Positions 18,375 through 25,601 of a DNA stretch of 32,000 bases are shown here, piece after piece. The DNA comes from Psychrobacter sp. HD31. Lineage in GTDB: Bacteria > Pseudomonadota > Gammaproteobacteria > Pseudomonadales > Moraxellaceae. The notes beneath the pieces were generated by a model. That model made no database searches and had not been told where the DNA came from. It saw only the letters and a program-made list of their open reading frames with translations. The translations under genes were made by a program, and so were the position numbers. The stretch spans positions 900,001 to 932,000 of the forward strand of contig NZ_CP142525.1 of assembly GCF_051097895.1 (NCBI RefSeq), written 5' to 3'. The first letter of the stretch is position 1; each line of letters starts with the position of its first letter.

Positions 18375-19943
18375 ATGTTATCAAACTTAACGCTACCTAA
18401 TTTGGTTCGTAAAATCTTGCAAGCAACCGTTTATGATGTTGCGATTCGCACAGATTTAGACAAAGCACCCAAACTAAGTAAACGCTTTGATAACGACATT
18501 CGCTTTAAACGTGAAGACTTACAACCTGTTTTTTCATTTAAACTGCGTGGCGCATACAACAAAATTAGCCAACTTACAGATGATGAAAAATCTCGTGGGG
18601 TTATTTGTGCATCTGCTGGTAACCATGCTCAAGGGGTTGCCTTTTCTGCCAGTAGACTGAACTTAAACAATGTGATTGTCATGCCAACCACCACGCCAGA
18701 TATTAAAGTTGATGCAGTAAAAGCATTAGGGGGCAATGTGGTACTGCATGGTGACAGCTTTGATGTTGCCAATGCGTATGCGAAACAACGATCAGAAGAT
18801 GAAGGTTTAACTTATATCGCCCCTTACGATGATGAAGACGTGATTGCAGGACAAGGTACCATTGCCCTTGAGCTTAACCAACAATGGCGAGATATGGAAT
18901 ACCTGTTTGTTGCTGTTGGTGGTGGTGGTTTGATTTCTGGCGTTGCCGCATTTTTAGGAGAGGTTGCCCCCCATGTTAAAGTTGTTGCGATAGAGCCAGA
19001 ACAAGCAGCATGTTTAAAACTGGCTTTAGAAACAGGCGAACGTGGTCGCTTACCACAGGTTGGGCTATTTGTAGATGGCGTTGCCGTTGCTCAACTTGGC
19101 GAGATACCAAACAAAGTGGTACGCTTACAAAAAAGTGATGACTCTGGCGCAATTGTTGAACCCCACGTGGTGACATGTAACAATGATGAAGTCTGTGCTG
19201 CTGTAAAAGATGTATTTGAAGAAAGCCGCAGTATTGTTGAACCTGCTGGCGCACTGGCAGTTGCCGGCATGAAAAAATACATAAAAGCACATCAGCTACA
19301 AGGCAAAAAGTGTGTGGCAATTGTTTGCGGTGCCAACATGAACTTTGATCGCCTTCGCTACATTGCTGAGCGTACCGAGATTGGTGAGAAAAAAGAAGCC
19401 ATTTTTGCCGTTACCATCCCAGAAAAAACAGGGGCATTCTTAAACTTTTGTCGAGACCTCCATGGGCGTAACATTACCGAATTTAACTATCGAGCCAGAA
19501 GCCAACATTCGCCAGATTCGAATGAACCTGCCTCAATTTTTGTCGGCATTGGTTTAAAAGATGGTGAGGTAGAACGACAAACCATTGGCAATCAATTAAA
19601 TGAAAATGGTTACCACGCTTTTGACTTAACAGATGATGAAGTGGCTAAAACCCATATCCGCTATCTGATTGGTGGTCATGCTGGTATTAAAAATGAACAT
19701 TTATTCCGTGTTCGCTTTCCAGAACGCCCAGGGGCTTTATTAAACTTTTTAGAAAAATTAGGCACAGATTTTAATATCACCCTATTCCATTACCGTAACC
19801 ATGGTGCTGCCGAAGGGCGTGTTTTAGTTGGCTTGCAAGCATCTACTAACAGCTCTAGAACTTTGCCAGATGCACTGCATGACATTGGTTATGATTGTGA
19901 AGAAATTACTGATAATGCAGGCTATCAATTGTTCTTAAAATAA
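18375..19943 (+). CDS. ilvA: Biosynthetic threonine ammonia-lyase (threonine dehydratase)
   Basis: PLP lysine motif SFKLRGA, GNHAQGVA, a GGGGL loop, and two C-terminal ACT-like regulatory repeats. 522 aa. Confidence 0.94.
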   Translation: MLSNLTLPNLVRKILQATVYDVAIRTDLDKAPKLSKRFDNDIRFKREDLQPVFSFKLRGAYNKISQLTDDEKSRGVICASAGNHAQGVAFSASRLNLNNVIVMPTTTPDIKVDAVKALGGNVVLHGDSFDVANAYAKQRSEDEGLTYIAPYDDEDVIAGQGTIALELNQQWRDMEYLFVAVGGGGLISGVAAFLGEVAPHVKVVAIEPEQAACLKLALETGERGRLPQVGLFVDGVAVAQLGEIPNKVVRLQKSDDSGAIVEPHVVTCNNDEVCAAVKDVFEESRSIVEPAGALAVAGMKKYIKAHQLQGKKCVAIVCGANMNFDRLRYIAERTEIGEKKEAIFAVTIPEKTGAFLNFCRDLHGRNITEFNYRARSQHSPDSNEPASIFVGIGLKDGEVERQTIGNQLNENGYHAFDLTDDEVAKTHIRYLIGGHAGIKNEHLFRVRFPERPGALLNFLEKLGTDFNITLFHYRNHGAAEGRVLVGLQASTNSSRTLPDALHDIGYDCEEITDNAGYQLFLK

Positions 19944-19984
19944 AATTGTTCCTAACATTCTGTTTTTTTATAAAAATTAATTTT

Positions 19985-20022
19985 AAAGAGGTTTGTACTC
20001 ATCATCAGTGCAAACCTCTTTT
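19985..20022 (+). terminator. Intrinsic terminator after ilvA
   Basis: aaagaggtttgtac / gtgcaaacctcttt 14-bp stem (one G-U pair), 9-nt loop, trailing T residues. Confidence 0.8.
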
Positions 20023-20183
20023 ATATGGTCAACTGATACTGCTTAAGATAAGAAAAATGACTTACACATAGTAGTATACCTTAACAATCTGCCAACATTA
20101 AGACACTTTTAAGACTCAACCTCATGCTATGATTTTTTATCTATTTTAGATTACATGACCAGACAGTTGGCAACAAAACTATT

Positions 20184-21830
20184 ATGAATAACTCAAACAA
20201 AATCAACCGTAGACAATTTTTAAAATTAACATCCATGGCAACGGCAACAACGCTTAGCCTATCAATGGGCTTCCCTATACTTGGGCATGCGTATACAGCA
20301 GAAAACCTAACTGATGATAGTCAGTTTGATGTCATCATTATTGGCACTGGCTATGGTGCAGCTGTTACCGCACTTAGACTTGCCGAAAAAGGCATTCGCT
20401 GTTTGATGTTAGAGATGGGGTTAGACTGGCAGGAACAAAACAAGCAAACCGGACTAAAGTTTAGTGGTATGGCTTGGGCAGAAAAACAGTCAACATGGTT
20501 ACGCAAAACAACCATCGCACCATTTGCAAACTACCGAGTGTTTGAAAAATTTACCGGCGCATTAGACCGTATTGATTTTGAGCATGTTCATGTTTATGCT
20601 GGCAGAGGCATTGGCGGTGGCTCGCTTGTTAATGGTGGCATGTCGGTTACGCCCACGCAAGCCTATTTTGAAGAAATATTCCCTCAATTAGACAGTCAGC
20701 TGTTTTATCGCAAATATTTTCCTTTAGCAAATGCCAGTTTAGGCGTTAGCACCATACCTGATGACTTTTATCAAAGTTCTGCTTATTATCAGTTTTCTCG
20801 TACTGGCGAGGCAGAAGGCATAAAAGCTGGTTATACGCCGGTTAAAGTACCCAATGTCTATGACTACGACTACATGCGTAAAGAAGAAGCAGGCGAAGTA
20901 ACAAAATCTGGCTTAAGTGATGAGGTCATTTACGGCAATAATTATGGCAAAAAAGACCTTACAAAAACATACCTAAAACAAGCGTTAGCGACTGGTAATG
21001 TAACTATTTTGGGCTTACATAAAGTAGAACAGATTGTTGAAAACCTAAGTAAAGAAACGAACGCCATCAGCTACAGCATTAAGGTAAGCCAAATTAACAC
21101 AAAAGGTGAGACCGTAAAAAACAAAACCTACCATACAAACAAACTATTTTTAGGCGCTGGCAGTTTAGGTACCACTGAACTTTTATTAAAATCTCAAGCA
21201 AAAGGGACACTAAATCATATTGATAGCGAGGTTGGCAAATATTGGGGCAATAATGGGAATGTGATGGCAACACGCTCTGGCATTAAAAAACCACTAGGCA
21301 AAAAACAAGCCGCCATCCCTGCAGTTGGTCTATCAAAGTGGACAAAAGATAAAGATGCCGTCTTTGCCGAGGTTGCACCCTTCCCTGTTGGTATTGATTT
21401 TAGAACAGCCCTTTATTTAGTTATTAATCGTGTCAGCAAATATGGTAAATTAAGTTATAATCATAAACAAAATAAACTGGCTTTAAATTGGGATAATAAC
21501 CATACAGAGCAAATGGTAAAAAATGCCGGTATGTTTCTTGATACCATGAATGCGGCAAATGGTGGGCTGCGTGGTGCCATTTTCCGACATGGTAAAGATT
21601 GGGGCATTAATCCCAAAATTTGTTATCATCCACTTGGTGGTTGTGTTTTAGGTAAAGCAACCGACCAATTTGGGCGCCTAAAAAATTATCAAGGGTTATA
21701 TATTACCGATGGCGCACTAATCCCTGCAAGTATTGGCGTCAATCCTTATGTCACCATCACCGCCCTTGCCGAATATTGTATTGAAAACGTGCTACAACAA
21801 GACTTTAAAGATGAACTAAAACACACATAA
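20184..21830 (+). CDS. Tat-signal GMC-family flavoenzyme, class I (ChoA-type) cholesterol oxidase homologue
   Basis: Twin-arginine motif NRRQFLK plus a hydrophobic region and AxA-like GHA. Blocks match Streptomyces ChoA as I remember it: IGTGYGAAVxALRLxExGxxxLMLEMG; GRGxGGGSLVNGGM; YFEEIxP; VPNVYDxxYMxxEAAGEVxKS; EVIYGNNxGKxxLxKTYL; LFLGAGSLGxTELL; CYHPLGGCVLGKATDxxGR; GVNPxVTITALAE. Confidence 0.85.
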   Translation: MNNSNKINRRQFLKLTSMATATTLSLSMGFPILGHAYTAENLTDDSQFDVIIIGTGYGAAVTALRLAEKGIRCLMLEMGLDWQEQNKQTGLKFSGMAWAEKQSTWLRKTTIAPFANYRVFEKFTGALDRIDFEHVHVYAGRGIGGGSLVNGGMSVTPTQAYFEEIFPQLDSQLFYRKYFPLANASLGVSTIPDDFYQSSAYYQFSRTGEAEGIKAGYTPVKVPNVYDYDYMRKEEAGEVTKSGLSDEVIYGNNYGKKDLTKTYLKQALATGNVTILGLHKVEQIVENLSKETNAISYSIKVSQINTKGETVKNKTYHTNKLFLGAGSLGTTELLLKSQAKGTLNHIDSEVGKYWGNNGNVMATRSGIKKPLGKKQAAIPAVGLSKWTKDKDAVFAEVAPFPVGIDFRTALYLVINRVSKYGKLSYNHKQNKLALNWDNNHTEQMVKNAGMFLDTMNAANGGLRGAIFRHGKDWGINPKICYHPLGGCVLGKATDQFGRLKNYQGLYITDGALIPASIGVNPYVTITALAEYCIENVLQQDFKDELKHT

Positions 21831-21850
21831 AAGGAATATTTAACAAAAAT

Positions 21851-22258
21851 ATGGGAAAGTCAGAGCCAATAATAGAAAAAGTTCGCATTGATAAATGGTT
21901 ATGGGCAGCACGGTTTTTTAGAACCCGTAGCATTGCTAAAAAAGCCATAGAAGGCGGCAAAGTTCACATGAATGGGCAACGCGTTAAAACCAGTAAAGAA
22001 GTCATTGTAGGTGATAAACTTACCATACGCCAAGGTGGATCTGGTGCCATTAATGAAAAAACCGTTGTGGTACAAGCATTGTCAGACAACCGAGGCAATG
22101 CTACCATTGCTCAAACACTCTATAGTGAAACAGCCGAAAGTAAGTCTCAAAGAGAATATTTTCAAACACAGCGTAAGTTTGCCAATCTTGCTCGCCCAGA
22201 TACTAAGCCAAACAAAAAGCAACGTCGCGAATTACAACGCTTAAAATCTGAGTTTTAA
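21851..22258 (+). CDS. hslR: Ribosome-associated heat-shock protein Hsp15 (S4 RNA-binding domain)
   Basis: VRIDKWLWAARFFRTRSxAKxAIEGGKVHxNGQRxK is the Hsp15 signature. Basic C-terminal tail. Confidence 0.9.
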   Translation: MGKSEPIIEKVRIDKWLWAARFFRTRSIAKKAIEGGKVHMNGQRVKTSKEVIVGDKLTIRQGGSGAINEKTVVVQALSDNRGNATIAQTLYSETAESKSQREYFQTQRKFANLARPDTKPNKKQRRELQRLKSEF

Positions 22259-22290
22259 TTTTAACCACTTTTAACTATTAAAAAAATACT

Positions 22291-22779
22291 ATGACAAACA
22301 CCCTACCCCAATCTGTCTTACTCGTTTGCCTAGGCAATATCTGCCGCTCGCCAATGGCAGAAGAAGTCTTACGCCAAAAAGCACAACAAGCTGGCTTTAA
22401 TCTACTGGTAGATTCATGCGGTACTGGGCACTGGCATGAAGGCGAGCAAGCAGACGAACGCTCACGCAGGGCTGCCAAAACACGTGGCTATGACATAGAC
22501 CACCTAAGGGCAAGACAAATCAAAGAATCTGACTTAACCGAATTTGACCTTATATTAGCCATGGATAAAAGCAACTTGGCAGATTTAAACAACATAAAAA
22601 ACAAGCTAAATACACAAGAAAAAACTAATTTGGCAGAACTTGCCTTATTTAGCCAACATGATACCCAGTATCAAAACCAAAAAGTACCCGACCCATATTA
22701 TGGTGACATGCAAGATTTTGAACATGCGCTAGACTTAATAGAAAGCATGGCAGACTCTTGGATAAATAAGTGGAAATAA
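22291..22779 (+). CDS. Low-molecular-weight protein-tyrosine phosphatase
   Basis: VLLVCLGNICRSPMAE (CX5R(S/T) P-loop) and a downstream DPYYG general-acid motif. Confidence 0.9.
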   Translation: MTNTLPQSVLLVCLGNICRSPMAEEVLRQKAQQAGFNLLVDSCGTGHWHEGEQADERSRRAAKTRGYDIDHLRARQIKESDLTEFDLILAMDKSNLADLNNIKNKLNTQEKTNLAELALFSQHDTQYQNQKVPDPYYGDMQDFEHALDLIESMADSWINKWK

Positions 22780-22786
22780 AAAAACA

Positions 22787-23836
22787 ATGCGCACAACCAA
22801 CATCCAACCCAACTTTGATTTATCCAAACACAATACGATGGCGCTGTCTTGCACAGCAAGCCATGCCATTATACTAGACGATGAAAATCAAGTGCCTGAC
22901 ACATTTGCAAAATTAGCAAACAGGCAAGATACTCGCCCATTTATATTATCTGGCGGCAGTAATGTCATTTTACCGAGTACGCTAAACGCTTTGGCTATTC
23001 TACCTCGTTATAGAGGTATCACCACTTTGGCAGAAAGCGATGAGAATATTGATATCGAAGTCATGGGTGGTAATAACTGGCACGAGTTAGTCGTCAATTT
23101 AACCAATAAGGGTTGGTATGGGTTAGAAAACTTAGCGTTAATCCCAGGGTTGGTGGGGGCCTCTCCTGTGCAAAACATCGGCGCTTATGGCTTACAACTA
23201 GAGGACTGCTTAACCCATGTAAAAGCGTTTCATATACCCACCCAAACGTGGCAAACCATGCGCAAGCAAGATTGCCAGTTTGCTTACCGAGATAGTGTTT
23301 TTAAACAAAACCCTAATACTTGGCTCATTACCCGTGTTGGTTTTCGGCTACATAAAGATGCAAGTAAAATAAATGCCAACTATGGCGATGTGGCAATTGA
23401 GGCTAACAAGCTTGCTAAAGCTAATGGACGTTCAACAGCCACGCCAATAGATGTTATGGACGCCATCATCCACATACGCAAAAGTAAGTTACCTGACCCT
23501 GCGATACTTGCTAATACGGGTAGTTTTTTTCAAAATCCCATTATTGCCCGCCAGCAATATAACGATTTGCTAAAACAGTTCCCAGACATGCCAAAATATG
23601 ATATTGATGAGGCAAGTGTCAAAGTGCCAGCAGGATGGCTGATAGACCAGGCTGGGCTAAAAGGTGGTGGTATTGCCCCTATTTTAACCCATGAAAAACA
23701 AGCACTGGTGTTAACCAATCATGCGCCATTTAAGGCAACGCAAACCGACATTGCCAAAACTCGTGATATGATTATTGATACGGTAAAACAGCGTTATGGC
23801 ATAACACTACACCAAGAGCCTGTTTGGGTTGATTAA
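22787..23836 (+). CDS. murB: UDP-N-acetylenolpyruvoylglucosamine reductase
   Basis: FAD-binding GGGSN-like LSGGSNV, ENLALIPGLVGASPVQNIGAYG, a GSFFxNP motif and PAGWLIDxAGLKG, as in type I MurB. Confidence 0.92.
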   Translation: MRTTNIQPNFDLSKHNTMALSCTASHAIILDDENQVPDTFAKLANRQDTRPFILSGGSNVILPSTLNALAILPRYRGITTLAESDENIDIEVMGGNNWHELVVNLTNKGWYGLENLALIPGLVGASPVQNIGAYGLQLEDCLTHVKAFHIPTQTWQTMRKQDCQFAYRDSVFKQNPNTWLITRVGFRLHKDASKINANYGDVAIEANKLAKANGRSTATPIDVMDAIIHIRKSKLPDPAILANTGSFFQNPIIARQQYNDLLKQFPDMPKYDIDEASVKVPAGWLIDQAGLKGGGIAPILTHEKQALVLTNHAPFKATQTDIAKTRDMIIDTVKQRYGITLHQEPVWVD

Positions 23837-23865
23837 TATTAATCATTAAGTCTATTGATAAAAAG

Positions 23866-23902
23866 AGCCAGCACAAAACCTCTGTTTAGTGCTGGCTATT
23901 TT
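23866..23902. terminator. Bidirectional intrinsic terminator between murB and the convergent small secreted-protein gene
   Basis: agccagcac / gtgctggct 9-bp stem with T-runs on both strands (atttt on plus, cttttt on minus). Confidence 0.8.
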
Positions 23903-23922
23903 AGTATTGCTAAGCAATATAC

Positions 23923-24186
23923 TTAGAAACTGGTACAACCCGCATTTTCACCAATTTTTTTCGCACCACTTCTAGTCGAATCACTACCTAATAAGTGGTA
24001 AGAAGAGCCCCTGTTATATTGACTTTCATTTTTAGTAGAAATATCACAAGTGCTCGAGCTGCCTTTTTGATAAATATAGTAAGATGTGCCTGCATGAGCA
24101 ACAGTAGAAGCAGATGCAATTAATGCCCCTGCAGCTAAAACTTGAGTCATAATTTTGGCACTTTTATTAAGTCGTTTTGTTTTCAT
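23923..24186 (-). CDS. Small Sec-exported protein (about 55-aa mature form, two Cys), function unknown
   Basis: AAGGA SD motif 9 nt upstream. Basic n-region, hydrophobic core and AHA-G cleavage motif. The mature part is S/T/G/Y-rich with Cys near each end. Confidence 0.65.
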   Translation of the reverse strand: MKTKRLNKSAKIMTQVLAAGALIASASTVAHAGTSYYIYQKGSSSTCDISTKNESQYNRGSSYHLLGSDSTRSGAKKIGENAGCTSF

Positions 24187-24390
24187 GGTTGAATATCCTT
24201 ATAAATGATTGTTTCTTAGTTAGTTAAAACAAATGGTTTGTTAAAATAAATGCACAACGCAACTTTTAACAGCTACTAACAACCTTAGGTCTTGACTATT
24301 AAAAATAGCATTAGGCATTTTTAATATAACTTAGATTAAATATAATTAACATATTAACCTAACAAATTTATAAAAATAACTTTTGTTAAA

Positions 24391-24420
24391 ATATAAAATC
24401 GATAAATATCAATTTTATAT
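24391..24420. promoter_or_regulatory. 30-bp near-perfect palindrome (13-bp arms, 12/13 match, 4-nt spacer) in the AT-rich divergent intergenic region, a candidate operator
   Basis: atataaaatcgat-aaat-atcaattttatat, 62 nt upstream of the lipoprotein ATG. A second perfect 10-bp inverted repeat, tattaaaaat-N10-atttttaata, lies at 24297-24326. Confidence 0.35.
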
Positions 24421-24481
24421 GTGGTAACATCATCAACCATTATCAAAATACAAATAATCTAAAAAAATCTGGAGCGCCTCT

Positions 24482-24694
24482 ATGAGCATGAACACAATCA
24501 AGAAACTACTTATTCCTTCCACGTTAGTTTTATTACTAACAGGTTGTACTGCCGTTGCTGTCGTCGATGGCGTAGCAAGTTTAGGCGTTAAAGCCGCTAC
24601 TTCTACGGTTAAACTTGCCGCTAAAGGTGTCGGAGCTACCGCAAAAGGCGTTAAAAAACTTGCCACTGATGATGATAAAGACAAGAAAGAATAA
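24482..24694 (+). CDS. Small lipoprotein (about 48-aa mature form), Ala/Val/Gly/Lys-rich with an acidic-basic tail, immediately upstream of creB
   Basis: GGAG SD motif 7 nt upstream. Lipobox LLLTGC. The mature sequence has reiterated VKxAAKGV-like units and ends DDDKDKKE. Confidence 0.7.
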   Translation: MSMNTIKKLLIPSTLVLLLTGCTAVAVVDGVASLGVKAATSTVKLAAKGVGATAKGVKKLATDDDKDKKE

Positions 24695-24737
24695 AGACTG
24701 ACTAAGCGCTTATTAAAAATAATCTTAAGTAACTAAA

Positions 24738-24753
24738 TCCACAAACTTTCCAC
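24738..24753 (+). promoter_or_regulatory. cre-tag-like direct repeat TCCAC-N6-TCCAC upstream of creB, a candidate CreB autoregulatory site
   Basis: Read directly: TCCACaaacttTCCAC, with an 11-bp period, ending 69 nt before the creB ATG. The E. coli cre tag is TTCAC-N6-TTCAC. Confidence 0.45.
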
Positions 24754-24821
24754 ATAGTCTCCTAATGGTTTTATGCTAGGATAGAGTCATATTAAAAATA
24801 CACTACTCTATTGCTACTGCT

Positions 24822-25601
24822 ATGAACCACATCAATCATATTTTACTTGTTGAAGATGACCCAGCCATTGCTACCTCGCTTAAAATTACCTTTAAGCGAG
24901 AAAACTGGCAGTTAACATGGTTAGATAACGCAACAGATGTGCTATCCACTTTAAAGTCGTTAAGTAATCAAAATACAGAAGATAGTGTTAATCTTGTCCC
25001 CTCTGCCATCATCTTAGATGTCGGCTTGCCTGATGGTGATGGCTTAAGTCTATGTCAACAAATACGCCACAGTGGCAATATTGGTCATTTAAAAGATTTA
25101 CCCATCCTATTTTTAACCGCACGCAGTGAAGAGGTAGATAGGATTTTAGGACTTGAAATGGGCGGAGATGACTACTGTGCCAAGCCTTTTAGTCCACGTG
25201 AGTTAGTGGCACGTATCAAAGCAATTTGGCGACGACAAGCAATCAATAGCCCAACTATAACGACTAAAAACGCAGTAGATGAACATGCCGAACAACTGTT
25301 TGAGCTTGAATCAGGCACATGGGAATACCAAACCCAAAACTATCAATTATACTGGCAAAGCCATAAACTAGAGCTCAGCAATACAGAACGCAAGCTATTA
25401 CTTTATCTATTAAACAACCCGCAACAGGTGTTTAGTAGAACACAACTTTTGGGCGCAATTAGTGAGCATCCAGATCATCGTCTCGCTCGTACTATTGATA
25501 GCCATATCAAATCTATCCGTAAGCAGCTTGCTAGCATTAACCCTAGTCTTGAGGTGATTTATACCCATCGTGGTATTGGTTATGGATTGTGTAAAGCATG
25601 A
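24822..25601 (+). CDS. creB: OmpR/PhoB-family response regulator, CreB-like
   Basis: Receiver domain (ILLVEDD; ILDVGLPDGDG; KPF) and winged-helix output domain (RTIDSHIKSIRKQL; RGIGYGL). Translationally coupled (ATGA) to the CreC-like kinase and followed by creD. Confidence 0.85.
   Translation: MNHINHILLVEDDPAIATSLKITFKRENWQLTWLDNATDVLSTLKSLSNQNTEDSVNLVPSAIILDVGLPDGDGLSLCQQIRHSGNIGHLKDLPILFLTARSEEVDRILGLEMGGDDYCAKPFSPRELVARIKAIWRRQAINSPTITTKNAVDEHAEQLFELESGTWEYQTQNYQLYWQSHKLELSNTERKLLLYLLNNPQQVFSRTQLLGAISEHPDHRLARTIDSHIKSIRKQLASINPSLEVIYTHRGIGYGLCKA

Noticed and set aside
24433-24684. 83-aa minus-strand ORF almost exactly antisense to the small lipoprotein gene
   Set aside because: This is a shadow frame produced by the Ala/Val/Gly-rich (GCN/GTN/GGN) coding strand. 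It has no SD motif. The plus-strand ORF has a GGAG SD motif and a canonical lipobox.
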